Positions 11,056-23,280 of a DNA stretch of 64,000 nt are shown piece after piece. Each line of letters starts with the position of its first letter. The stretch's first letter is position 1. The stretch is from Felis catus (taxonomy: Eukaryota), in NCBI RefSeq assembly GCF_018350175.1, contig NC_058369.1, positions 27,530,001 to 27,594,000 of the forward strand, read 5' to 3'. The notes below the pieces were generated by a model that was not told the DNA's origin, did no database searches, and saw nothing but the letters and a program-made list of their open reading frames with translations. A program made the translations under genes and the position numbers.

Positions 11056-12954
11056 TATGTTTGGTGTTCCCTCCTTCCCACCGCCCAGCACAAAGAAGGT
11101 GCTCAGTGTAGGCCAGAAAACAGTCAAGTCACTATTGCCATAATCTCAGGGAAATGATGGTGGTGGTGGTGTCCTGGATTAGAAACAATGAAAATAGATT
11201 CAAAAGAATCTCTCCTCCAAAATTACAGCCCGTATTTATTTCTTTTAATACTTTCCATCTTGAACTGTAATAATATGGATCCACTTCTTACGTATTCTAC
11301 TAGATCGTGCCTTCCTTAAAACATGTTGGGTGCAATACTTGCCCTGCAATATCCCCAGCCCAACCTCGCAGCATGGCTCACACAGACTAGGCACTGGATG
11401 AATGTCACTTGTAGGACCACAAACCCTGACCCTGAAACCCAGCATTTCTGTTTCTGCTACATTTAAAGCCAACAAAACTCATGTCCTTTCCTCCCACTCA
11501 TTAAATTAAAAGCTCAATACATTAATGATCTGAATGAGAGTCAAGAGTCTATGATCGTCCTCCCAGTTTACAGACAGGGGCAAGATCAATTTTCCCCAAG
11601 TTGTAGGGTGAGAAAGAAGACTAAAAACTGAAGACTTGAAAGCCATGCACAGGGCCAGGCAAGGTTTCTGTGTTCATGTCATCTCAGGGTCCTCATTAGT
11701 GACCCTGCTCTCCTTGTGGCGAACTATAGTGCCTGCATTGATGAGAGACCTGTGAGCTGGCTCCCCCTGTATTAATAGTCCCTGCCTATGATTTGGCAGT
11801 CATGCGGGTCTCATTAGAGTGTAGCACATGCAGTTTCAGAGGGCCTCATTTTAAGAAAATACTTTGCATATGAACAAAGGTGGAAAGATATCAGGCTTTT
11901 AAAGAGAATCTCCATCCCACTCATCAGTTAGCCAAGTTATCTGGAGATTCTGTTAAGTGAAGAAGCTCCTGACCTTTGCAAGTTATCAAAGGTGACCCAA
12001 CAAAGCAAAGGGGCTTTGTTCCCCCCATTTCTTTTTCTCCGTTGCCTTGGACAACCAAGCCTGAACAAAACAGCATCAGGGAGACTGTCATGTAATAACT
12101 CCCTTTTTTGCTTCAGCAAGGGACATCTGAAAGAAAGGATTTTTTTTTAAATGAAGAATATCAGAATGAAAGAAGGCACAAGAAATCTGACAATTCAGGG
12201 CACACAGATTCTGAGTAGTGATAAATGTATGCAGGGACTGATTTTCAGGGTTAGGTCTTTAAACATTTTTAAGTAGCAGCTTGGCATCAGTTAAGATATG
12301 AATATTTTCTTCATTGATGTGGCTTTATTCACGAAATATCCTGCTTCCTTGAGCAGGAAGGGGGCCACAAAGACATCTCACAAAGTTACCATCAAATCAG
12401 GTTGTATCTGTATCTCTAATTCTTTTGGGGAGAGAAGGAAATCATAGAACCCACAAGAGGGGCTCATAGCTTCACATGCACTTAAATCCAAGCAGGGGTC
12501 ACTATGGCTTGGTCAAGTTTCAAAATATTTAACAGACCACACATTTTCTGCACCGTAGCATTTTAGGGTCCATATCTGTCTGCCTCCTTATCCCACATAT
12601 CTGGGTTTTTCCTTAAGGAATAAAACACTGCCATCTTGGTCTCATAGTGCTCTCCTCTTTGTTGACTCTTCCAGGAACTGGTAAAAATCAGGTCATGTTC
12701 AGGGGCTGTCCCAACCTAAAAAGGCTGGAGTGAACTGCCCAGGTCAGCTGTACTCTTATGTTTTTGGGAAAACCATTCTTTTCTTTCTCCCAGGTTGATG
12801 GGCTCTGTAAAGACTAGTATTTTCTTACTATTAAAGTGATCTAATCTTGGAGTCTGGTGTGGGCTTAAGGGAGGGGAGGCAAGGAGCTAAGGAAACCATT
12901 CAGTGTGCTTCGCTTCTGTCTGTAGTAAAGAAAGATTCCTCTTCTGTCTAGCTT

Positions 12955-13130
12955 GAAGCAGTGGAAATCTAGCTTAGAGCAGTGGAAATAGGGCATTAAA
13001 TCAAAGACTCAGAGAGTGCCTTTGTGTGATTTCATGATCTGTAGGCATCTAACCTTTCAGATCTTGTAAAGGAGAGATAAGGGCTAGTGACTCATTGGAC
13101 TAGTATTTAGGTGATTCTTACCCCTAGTTT
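12955..13130 (+). mobile_element. MIR/MIR3 remnant
   Basis: agcagtggaaatagggcattaaatcaaagactcagaga...ttggactagtatttaggtgattctt. Confidence 0.5.
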
Positions 13131-13589
13131 TTCTATTTCCTACAGGAATATTAAAAGTGATTTAATGCAATTCATTTTGGAGATAAAACATGGGGGTCCA
13201 AAGTCAGGGAGAAGATCCATCCAAGGCCACAAAATTCACACTGTTCTTGCAATGTCCTGTACTTATATTAGACATGTCCATTGTCCCACCATCCTCAATT
13301 TGCCAGGCATGGACTCCAGCCTTCTATTTATTCTTTTTCCCCATGCTACAACATATAAATCTTTTAGGGTTCTTGCCTATGTCTTGCTTTCCAAGGAGGT
13401 CAGATAATGATCAGAGGTTAGATTGAGGCCTAAAAGTTGACTCTTTAGGTCTCTTGCCAGCTAATGCAGTTGATGTCCTGGGTTTTATGCATTCATTTTC
13501 ATGTAGATTTTGTCATATGATTCTTACAATCAAAGAGGAGTGGGAAGGGTACATCTGCAGAGTACCACACCACATTCTATGCTCACTAC

Positions 13590-13760
13590 ACAGTTAAGCT
13601 TCATTTAAGTCCCCAAAGAATACCCATTTTACAAATAAGGTAGCTTATAATAATGAGGCACAGAGAGGCAAAAAACTTGACTATGGCTGTAAGTCTGGTA
13701 TATGAAGGAAACTGAATCCAGCTCCTGGATCTCCAAATTGTATGTTCTTTCCAATGCTTC
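13590..13760 (-). mobile_element. MIR remnant
   Basis: cccattttacaaataagg...aatgaggcacagagagg...actgaatccagctcctggatctccaaattgtatgttctttcca. Confidence 0.6.
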
Positions 13761-14126
13761 ATCTTACTACTATAGTCTGACTAGTCATGGCTTCATCAAA
13801 ATCTTTCATGTGAAGCTTCTAAATCCCTAGTGATATTTCCAACCAGTGTGACTTTTTACCCACTTGCCTCTCACCCATGATGCACAGTCATTATTGCCTC
13901 AAGTGAATTATTGCACATTAACAAATGATATATATCCCCAGCTGTCAGGGCCAGATGCAGCTATGGAATGTGGATATATCCTCCTAGTAACTTGACCATC
14001 ATCACCAGAGAAACAAGAACAACAAAATCAAATGCCAACCACCAAAACACAAGTGTACATCTCATCTCAAGATAAAGACAAGGGAAAGACCCTCAAAAAT
14101 CACATGGCTTCTTTGCTCTACTCTTT

Positions 14127-14341
14127 TTTTTTTTAACGTTTTTATTTATTTTTGAGACAGAGAGAGAGACAGAGCATGAACGGGGGAGGGGCAGAGAGAG
14201 AGGGAGACACAGAATCTGGAACAGGCTCCAGGCTCTGAGCCATCAGCCCAGAGCCCGACGCGGGGCTCGAACTCACGGACCACGAGATCGTGACCTGAGC
14301 TGAAGTCGGACGTTTAACTGACTGAGCCACCCAGACGCCCC
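14127..14341 (-). mobile_element. Young Can-SINE with perfect 15-bp TSD
   Basis: CpG-rich body (gcccgacgcggggctcgaactcacggaccacgagatcgtgacc); TSD tttgctctactcttt at 14112-14126 and 14342-14356. Confidence 0.98.
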
Positions 14342-14799
14342 TTTGCTCTACTCTTTGTCTAGTCTCAGTTCAGACAGTTCTAGAAACAACAGTCATAAAC
14401 AGGGCCGTTGCCATACTTTTGGGGAATAGGGAAAGTACCAGAAAAGAGGTTCTACTGTTGTCATGGCTCTGGCTGTGACCCTCTCCTTTCTAAAACTCTA
14501 TTCAGGGATTGGCTTGAGGACATGCCCAGATTTCTGTATCACAGCAAAACAGGAGGACTATAAATAGGTTAGATATTGCAATGGACATCTAAGATTGTAT
14601 TTTAGAATGTTGAATTATACCTAACTGGATAGGATTTCATCAAAGTCCCAGGGAATCTTTCCTTTAGCCTCAAATCCAGTGTCATATATTTGGGGTTGTG
14701 TGTGAAGTGGAGATCTATCTTAACAGTAGCGAGAAAACAGGAATTCATTTTGGGTGCCATCATCTGGAATGAGGTCCAGAACAAGGCAATGGGATATAA

Positions 14800-15044
14800 A
14801 AATTGAAAGTTATAAGACACTTCAGAGGTCCTCTTGTCTCTCATTTTACAGGTGGAGAAACTGAGGCCCAGAGAAGCTGATGGCTTTTTAAAAGTTACAC
14901 AGTGAGGGGTGCCTGGGTGGCTCAGTCAGTTAAGTATTTGACTCTTGATTTTGGCTCAGGTCATGATCTCATTGTTCATGAGATTGAGCCCTGCATTGAG
15001 GATTCTCTCTCTCCCTCTCTCTCTTCCCCTTCCCACTTGCATGA

Positions 15045-15082
<38 letters not shown>

Positions 15083-15175
15083 AAAATAAATAAATAAACA
15101 TTAAAAAAAATGTTACACAGAATAGAGTCAGGACCCAGGCCAGGACCCAGGCCTCCTAAGTCCTGGGCCAAAGCA
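14800..15175 (-). mobile_element. MIR interrupted by a Can-SINE
   Basis: tcattttacaggtggagaaactgaggcccagagaag...aaagttacacag, then the SINE, then ...ccaggacccaggcctcctaagtcc. Confidence 0.7.
14906..15110 (+). mobile_element. Can-SINE with an internal deletion
   Basis: ggggtgcctgggtggctcagtcagttaag...gagccctgcattgag|gattctctctctccc lacks the gacagc-gagcctg segment; TSD core gttacacag on both sides. Confidence 0.93.
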
Positions 15176-15294
15176 GGTGATTATCCAACCATAACATTAA
15201 AACAATGTTCCCATGAAAGAAGAATCAGATTTTAGGTTGGTTTCATAGGGCAGATAGGGAACCACTGGGTAGATCAGAAGGAAGCAGACTTAAG

Positions 15295-15578
15295 TGGTGG
15301 TAAAACACACACAACATTCACCATTTTAACTATTTTAAAGTACATAATTCAATGGCATTTAGTACATTCACAATGCTGTGCAACTATCACCACTATCTAG
15401 TTCCAGAACATTTTCATTATCCCAGAAGGAAACCCTGTACCCATTAAATAGTAATTCCTCATTTCCCCCTCCCTTCAGTACCTGGCAACCACTAATCTGC
15501 TTTCCGTCCCGATCGATTTGCCTATTATGAGCATTTCATATAAATCGAATCACACAGTAAGTGGCCTTTAGTGTCTGG
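15295..15578 (-). mobile_element. L1 (L1MB-like) 3' UTR fragment
   Basis: ttcaccattttaactattttaaagtacataattcaatggcatttagtacattcacaatgctgtgcaactatcaccact...cctggcaaccactaatctgctttc...catttcatataaat. Confidence 0.9.
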
Positions 15579-16450
15579 GAAAGCAGATGTTCTTACAAGG
15601 CACTCGGGATGACAGAACTGTGTGCTTTGCAGGGGGCTGGGTATTGCCTTCCTGAAGGCTTGAGCTGAGGCCAGGGCTAGATGTCTGCGTGGGGTGGTGG
15701 GGGGGGACTCTGGCAAGAGAAGTGGGCTGGTGAGGATGGCGAGTCAGGGCTTCTTGGACAAGCTTTGGGGATGACCTCCCTCCTCAGCACCCCAGCTCTG
15801 CCCCGCAGCCACACTCTGCTGAATCATAAAGTCCAAGTCGGGCAAACCCTACCCTTCCTGCTGATTTCCTCTCTTGCCTTTCTTCTCCCACCTCCTGTTC
15901 TGTTGACACTTGTTTGCCAATTTGCCTGACACGCCACGGACAATCTTCTCACTTGAGCATGTTTGACCTGAATGTACAGCTTTCTGCTGAGCTGATCTGG
16001 AGTTTCAGTTGGCCGTTAGTGCAGCCAGGCATGTATTAAGAGCAGGGATAAATGAGGATCGCCTGAGCTTTAACTACTGATTTGGCTCAAGAAGCTCAGG
16101 GATAATCTATAAAACCTGACAGTTGAGGGCAATAAAATTAGCTACAGAAGGAGTGTAGGGTAGAAACATTGTCTTCTGGTGCTCTGTGTGCAGTATACAC
16201 TTACACACAAAAGCCACTATAAACACTCTGACACAAGCCTTACAACAGCTTGGAGGAGAGGCATTGTATTTGAGTAGCTGGATTAAAAAAATCAGAGGGG
16301 AAATCTAAGGGATCACAGAAGTATCATTTTCCAGGTGGTAACAATAGATTTCATCCATGACCTGGAAATCATCTTAGAACAAGATTATCAGATCTGCTTT
16401 GCATGTAGAACTAAAAATTAAAACATTCTTAAAAAAATAATTAAGGAACG

Positions 16451-16873
16451 TGTACCAGGTTGAATAGCACCCTCCAAAAATTTGGAGGAAATCGGTCTTT
16501 GGTGATATAATTAGTTACACATGGTCATACTGGATTAAGGTGGCCCTAAATCCAATGACTGGCACCCTTATATAAAGAAGGGGGATTTGGAGACACACAG
16601 ACACCCACAGAGGGAAACAGGCCATGTAAAGGTGGAGTCAGAAATAGGACGGATGCAGTTATAAGCCAGGAAATGCCAAGGATTACCAGCAACCACCGGA
16701 AGGGAGGAAGAAGGAAGGAAGAGTTCTTTCTAGAGCCTTCAAAGGGAGCATGGCCCTGCTGATACCTTGACTTTGGACTTCTGGCCTCCAAATTTGGGAA
16801 AGAATACAATTCTGTGGTGTTAAACTACTCAGTCTGTGGTAATTTGTCACAGCTGCCCTAGCAAACTATTCTA
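16451..16873 (+). mobile_element. MaLR solo LTR (MLT1C-like)
   Basis: Starts tgtaccaggttgaatag; contains ccctaaatccaatgactgg, gccaaggattaccagcaaccaccggaag, ccttgactttggacttctggcctcc; ends ctgtggtaatttgtcacagctgccctagcaaactattcta; 5-bp TSD gaacg/gaaca. Confidence 0.92.
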
Positions 16874-18984
16874 GAACACTCCTGACTCCCTCTTCTCTTA
16901 TACCAGGGTACAAACCTATTTAAAAAATGGAAAGACTTCAGCCCTCATAACAAAATCTCATTCTATCTATTTAACTTCTGAACACGGATTCATAAACAAG
17001 TAGTAGCCAATTCTACCGACTAAAAAAGTGCTTTCTATTAACCAAGCTTTGTTTTGTGTATTTGTCTGCTGGTTTTGTTTGTTTCCTAGTGGTGAGAAAG
17101 ACTGACCCTCAGATCTGTTTGTCTTCAGATTTGCCCCTCGCTCTTTGGGGGATGGCTTCCCTTAAGCTGCCCAGCACAGTCTTCTCTCATTCTGCTTATC
17201 CTTGGCTCCCCCTCTCATTTTCCAGAGAGAGACCCAGGGACTCAGAGACAAACTCACAGGGGCTGAGCTATGATTCCTCCATGTTGATTATAATTTTTAT
17301 CACATTATATGGGATCCCTCTGGTGGTTACTGAGAGACACGTCAGTTTTGAGAGATTAGGGACAAACCAAAAACTTCACATCTACAGGCTAAGAGATTCA
17401 GGGTTTACAAGTTCTAGCAAGACAGACAGATGCTGCACGGCTTTGGGCACCTTCTCCAGGTTTGAGTGACAGCTCCCAGGGCCAAGTAATGTTCCATTTG
17501 TCTGGGGCATGACATGCTGCACTGGTGATCCTTGAAAATTAGCATCATTTGTGTTAACAGGAATAGTGATGCAGAGCTCTCTTGCCATAAGGAAAACAGC
17601 ACAGACGATACCGGCCACCTCAAAGGAGTGTGTTCTGGCTACAGGGATCCAGAATGACAAAAAGACCAAGAAGAGATGTTGATGGGGACAACATTACCAG
17701 ACCCTGATATGGGACAGATTTCTGAGCACCTCATCAAACACCTCCAAGAAAAGCTTCTCACGGTGACCCTCCAAAGACAGTCAAAGCCAGCCCCCTTTCT
17801 TACTTACGATTATACATAAAAACATCTATCTGGCTGAACCCAGCCTGTCCCTCGGTTTAAAACAATGGCAGAATAAGAGATAACTTAGGAAATGAGTCAT
17901 TTTCTTGACTGACTGGAGCACTCCAAGTTGACATTGGTAAAGCTCTATTAAAATGCCTTTATGTCCTGATACGCATAGATGTGTTAATTTATAGCATATT
18001 CATCAGAAGACCTAAATTAATTGCTCTCTGATGAATTTTCTAACACCTCCTTTCTGCTTTTCCACCTCCACCCCCCCGCCCCAAAGTACACTGATAAGGT
18101 CAGCAGCACTATCAGATGCAACACACTTCAACTTCCTTCCAAGCTCGTAATTAAAGCTAATTAGTAGTTTTAGTCATTAGCACATGTAAGCTTTCTACTC
18201 TCTGAATTAATAAGACTTACTCAGGTTTGGAGCCAAGTAGACTTTTCACTCTGTGGTTCTGATTCCTGAACTGCTTGTGGTTGGTTAATTTAAAGCATGT
18301 CTGTTCCAAGAGGGATACTAAAAAGACACCCTTACTTACGATGGCCTGCTCTCAAGCCGGGGTGTGAGTTGTGTATTGACAAAAGAGGAATTGTGGTCAC
18401 CGGAAAAAATCAGAATGCTATGAGTTTGCAGTGACTGATCAGTCTCAGCCCCTCAATGTGAAACGGGTTGTGTCCAGTTACTGTGTCCCTTGGACTCCAC
18501 ACACCTCCAGGATGTTCTTTTTCACTTATGTCACCTAGGGACAACATGTCTGCACTGAGCACATCAAATCCTTTTGATCTTAACAGAAGCAGGGGCGCTG
18601 GTGGTGGGGTGTTAAGAAATAACTGCTCATTTTGGTTCAAATAAAAATCAAAAAGGAGAAAAATCATTAAGTCAAATCAGTTTCTGCTTCTGTGTAGACA
18701 AAGAGATTCTCCAAATAGCTTTCTGTTTCTTTTTTTAGTCAGTGTGTGGGCATCCTGCGTGCCCAGACAGAATTAAGTGTGTGTTTTAAATCAAGAAATC
18801 AAATCTATATTCTATTAAAAGGAAAAAGGCTCTGTGATTTGTTTTCAGACCTTAGAAACAGTTTGAGAAAAATCTTCCACGGGTGAGCTCATTTGCCACC
18901 CCTTCTCAATACTAATCTCGGTGGGGGGGTGGGGGGGAATAGCTCAGTGATTTACTAGACTCCTTATGAGTCCAGAACAATAGT

Positions 18985-19022
18985 GGGGTGGGGGTGGGGG
19001 TGGGGGTGGGGGTAGGGGTGGG
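18985..19022 (+). repeat. (GGGGGT)n G-rich repeat, predicted G-quadruplex
   Basis: Seven G-runs of 3-5 nt separated by 1-2 nt loops. Confidence 0.85.
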
Positions 19023-19348
19023 AGCTCATAGCACCAGTCATTTTGATGCATAAGGGAAAGAAAACAGTCACTTCTGCATGAAGATCACCTACGAGGCAGC
19101 CCCAGGTCACCAGAGTGAATCGTTCTTATTTTAATGGCATAGAGACTGCAGCTGTGATAGCCACATCTGGATCCATAAGGGGCCACCAACATTACTAAGA
19201 GCAAAGGCACATTTAGTCCTGTGGATATCTGTGACTGTGAAGTTGACCAGGGACTGGGTTCCCACAGCCTCTCAGGCTCAATTCAGTGGGAGCCTGGTCT
19301 CCCACCAAATGATTCCATTCCAGGAAGTACTTGACTAAGTTGCATTAA

Positions 19349-19579
19349 CAGCCTTTCTCAGATAGTGCTGATCCTATCCCCAGAGGGTATTTGCAATATC
19401 TGGATACATTTTTGATTGTTGTATCTGTTAAGGGAGGTGTGAGCGGCAGTAATTGCCACTAGCATCTAGTAGGTGGAGGCCAGGGATACTGCTAAACGCC
19501 CAACAGTGCATAGGACAGACGCATACAATGAATATTATCTGGCCCACGAGGTCAGTAGTGTTGAGATTGAGGACCCCTA
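19349..19579 (+). mobile_element. MER20-like hAT non-autonomous DNA transposon
   Basis: gggtatttgcaatatctggatacatttttgattgttg...ctagcatctagtaggtggaggccagggatactgctaaac...aatattatctggccc...gagattgaggacccct. Confidence 0.88.
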
Positions 19580-22129
19580 ATATAGAAGGCCTAAACAGGG
19601 TCTGAGCCCTTCACTATATTTGCAAAGTAAGAGCCACACACGCATTTTCTTGTTTGACTATGTGTTGATCTTGGCCTTGTAATGCTGAGAGGACTTATAA
19701 CAATGATATTCTGTGGAGGGGCTATGGCTAAATCAGGCTGGAAGGAGCAGGCACACTGAGAGTGATTCCAACCACCCAGAGCCAGGCGCTGGGCATTTTC
19801 ATACTACAGCTCAGGCTGACATACTGCATTATGGATGAGCTCACATGCCATGGCAAACAGTTTAAGAACGATGCTTATATTTAATGAATCCTAAATGGTT
19901 TATTACTGAGGGTCAAGTTCCCGCTTCCTGTGGGAATTTGACATTTATGAAAACGCCCGTGCATTAATTATTCAGCAGAGATGTCCTTCCTATGGAAATT
20001 CACTTTCCTGATACACTTGACAGCACTACATTCCCTGTCTGCACGGGCTACTTTGTTGTTAATCCTCTAAGCATTCATTAAATAAAATTTACAGCCGAGC
20101 CAGGATACATCTACCCTCAAATATTATGCAAAAGACAGCTAAATGCTCTTTGATTTTTCCTGCTAGTAGCCAATCATTACCCATAGCTATTTACATCCTT
20201 CCTTTTGTTCTTTAAAGCATAAACCTGGTATCTCTTCCCACTGAGAAGAAAACTATGCTTAGTAATTAAATTACACCACATTAAACTTACTTAACTTAAG
20301 TTCACCAGCAGGGAAAATTCCATGCCCCTGGGTTTAACAGTAGCTCCTAATCACACTTGCAAGCCATATCTTTTCTGTGAGTTGTTATAATTTTCGTTCC
20401 TGGGATTCCATTAAAAATGGTAATGTCATTACTCCTGTTAATGCTCAAAACCAACAGCATAATCCTGCATTTTAATTAGTAATTATAATTAATCATTATT
20501 TCATTAATGAAATGTTTCGCTGGTAATTGTCTTTGAGCACCTTACTCCCTAGGCTTATGAGCATTTCCTAGCATCTAATTCACTGCCTATTTCTGATGAA
20601 GTGGCACTGTCAACCTTACTTCATTTTAACACCTTCTTGTGGCTCTGCATCTCAGGCCCTTGACACTGGCTGCGTATTTACACTTTGGAAACGTGTGGCT
20701 TCTGGCTCTCAATAAGGTTTGCGTGAAGACGTACCCTCGCATGCTTCTCTGCCAACTTAAGAAGGCAAGTCAGTGTGCTCCCGGAGTGCATAATGCGTGA
20801 GGAGAAAAATAATTCTTGGAACCCTTGGTTAATAATAAATGTGGGATCCAAATTCATGGATTTTTTGAGAGAGGATAGAGCAAGGATTTGGAGGTACTCT
20901 TTGGATCAGGAAGGTTGATTTTAGAGCTTAAAGAATTAAAAGTAAGCTGGGAGGGCTGTCAAGAATTTCATATGAGGCAAGATTTTTGTTGATCCTTTTA
21001 CAATTATCAGAGACATTCTTATTTACTTGGGTGGTATTTTAGGGGTAGGAGGGCACCATGAAAAGGTAAACACCAAAGGGCAAGGACTCATGTATGCCTT
21101 GTACACAGTTGTATTCCCAGCTCCCGATGCAGGCCTGGCATATATACTATTCAACAAACCCCTGGATAAGTAATTGTTCTCGTATAGCATGTGGTTAGGC
21201 CATGGAGAGGGTAATTGAGGTACAAGAGTTGACAAATTTAAGTTGGGACTTTGTGATGGGAATGCTAGGGGATACCATCTCGATGGGCTGCTGTGCTTAC
21301 AAATGACCCAGAATCAGAGCTGTCTCTAGTAGGGAATCCTAAAAGGAGAACAGATTCATCTCATTGCTCTCCATGCAAAATACAATTTTAAAATATATAT
21401 ACATACATACACACAGAATTACACACACCCCCAGCACTGAGGATAGAGAATTATTCAGTGAAGGGAAATCTGCTATCTTCAGGAAATTATACAAGGAGAG
21501 TCTGAGCAAAGAAAAGATAAGGCTGCTGGTGTTTCAAGGAGGGATTCACAGCTTCTGAGTGCAACTGAGATAGAACCAATCTCAGGCTGGCTGGAGAATG
21601 TTACTGTGCATTACAGACAAGCTAGTCAGAAACTTGCAAATATCTGGAAGAAATAAACGATGGCCAACATCTTGGTGTTGGCCTAAATATCAGAATGCAC
21701 ACAGCTGTGGCCTGTGATGACTGAAAGCCCTCTGAGGTCTTGTGGGATCCTGCCCATTGGTGATCTTTGAAGCTGCTGATAATTTACAGCATGAAGGAAT
21801 GTCAGGAGAAAGCTTAAATTTTTGTTGTAGTTTCTGAATGTTTGCATTTAACAAGTTAATGTTTTAGCACATATACACCGTATGATAACTCATTGGGAAT
21901 TAACACTAGAAGTCACAGTTTGAGACCCTCTGTGAATATGAGTGGAGGGCCAACTAGACCCCCATAGTGATCCTTTATTTTGTTTCCCTAGGCCACATGG
22001 ACTCTAAAATAATATCCCTCCCCTATTATCCTTTTAATTTCCATAGAGCCCCAGACTTCTGTGGAAAACATGGGAATTGAGTCCCTCCCTCAGGGAACTC
22101 CCAGTCCAGAGCCATTTCCTTTTGGACTT

Positions 22130-22412
22130 TTTATTTTTATGTTTATTTATTTATTTATTTTGAGAGAGAGCAAGAGAGTGAGAGTGAGAGTGAGAGAGAG
22201 AGCAGAAGGAAGGAAGGAAGGAAGGAAGGAAGGAAGGAAGGAAGGAAGGAAGGAAGGAAGGAAGGAAATAAATCCCAAGCAGGCTCAGCACTGTCAGCGC
22301 AGAGTTGGACGCAGGGCTTGGTCCCACCAACTGGGAGATAACAACCATGAGATCATGACCTAAGCTGAAAGCAAGAGTCAGATGCTCAATCTACAGAACC
22401 ACCCATGTGCCC
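22130..22412 (-). mobile_element. Can-SINE (older Fc2-like) with internal (GGAA)n expansion
   Basis: aatcccaagcaggctcagcactgtcagcgcagag...gagatcatgacctaagctgaaagcaagagtcagatgctcaa...ccacccatgtgccc; degenerate TSD ttccttttggac / ttcctttaggat. Confidence 0.9.
22205..22267. repeat. (GGAA)n tetranucleotide microsatellite, about 15 units
   Basis: Read directly. Confidence 0.97.
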
Positions 22413-23084
22413 TTCCTTTAGGATTTTCTTTTATGGAAATCACCCTTCCTTTTCCAGTTACCTTTGCCGAGTCTCTACTTATCATCCAGGTCTCACAAAG
22501 GCTGCCATGGTGGTGGGGGAATAAACATGAAAAAAACATTAAAGACCACTACACCCTAGAATGAAGAAGCAGGTCGCTTAATAATCATGAGTCTGTACTC
22601 TTGCTTATGAGGCTTGAGAAGGACTTTTAACACAAATGCTATTTTTTGGAAACTTATCATGTGTGGTGCTAAGCTTAGTACATCACATGGATTATCACTT
22701 TCAATCTGCTTCAGAGACACTAGACTAGGCACAATGAGAATCAGGACTGGGCTCATCCCAAATAGGTCTAGGTCCATTATATGCTTTGCTGAATGCCCAG
22801 GGACAAGCTCATGCTCATTTGTTACACTGTAGTCTAGGCCATGTGGAAGGGAAGGGAAGGTAGCCTCATATAAAGATCATACAGGAGAGTAATGAAAGTG
22901 GCTTCCAGGAAAACATATGTAACCCTCTCAGCCCAAAACAGAAAACAGTTGGTCTTTTCTAGCTGTTCTCAGGAAGGAGAACCCACTTCTCCATTGGGCG
23001 GTTTCTTGCTAAACAAAACCTGCAAAGGCCGACTCAGTTTGGACCTGGAAGGCCATGTTTTGTGCATAATGACACAACAAAGAC

Positions 23085-23280
23085 TTGGTTGCAGGCTGAA
23101 TACTTGTGAGACCACGTGTGAAACAGCTGATCCTGCTGTGCCTCTGTTTCCTCATGTGCGAAATGGGAGCGGTGAGTCCGAACTCCAGGCTTGCTGGGAT
23201 GATCATGTGGAATAAAGCATGCAGAGACGTAAGCACGGCAGCCAGCACACGGTAAACCCTCGGTTGTCATCATATTGTCA
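23085..23280 (+). mobile_element. MIR remnant
   Basis: ctgtgcctctgtttcctcatgtgcgaaatggga...taagcacggcagccagcacacggtaaaccctc. Confidence 0.65.

Noticed and set aside
14142..14330. Family of similar ORFs (MAQSVKRPTSAQV...; also 4896, 6111, 7846, 14902, 37111, 53349)
   Set aside because: These are translations of Can-SINE copies, not a gene family.
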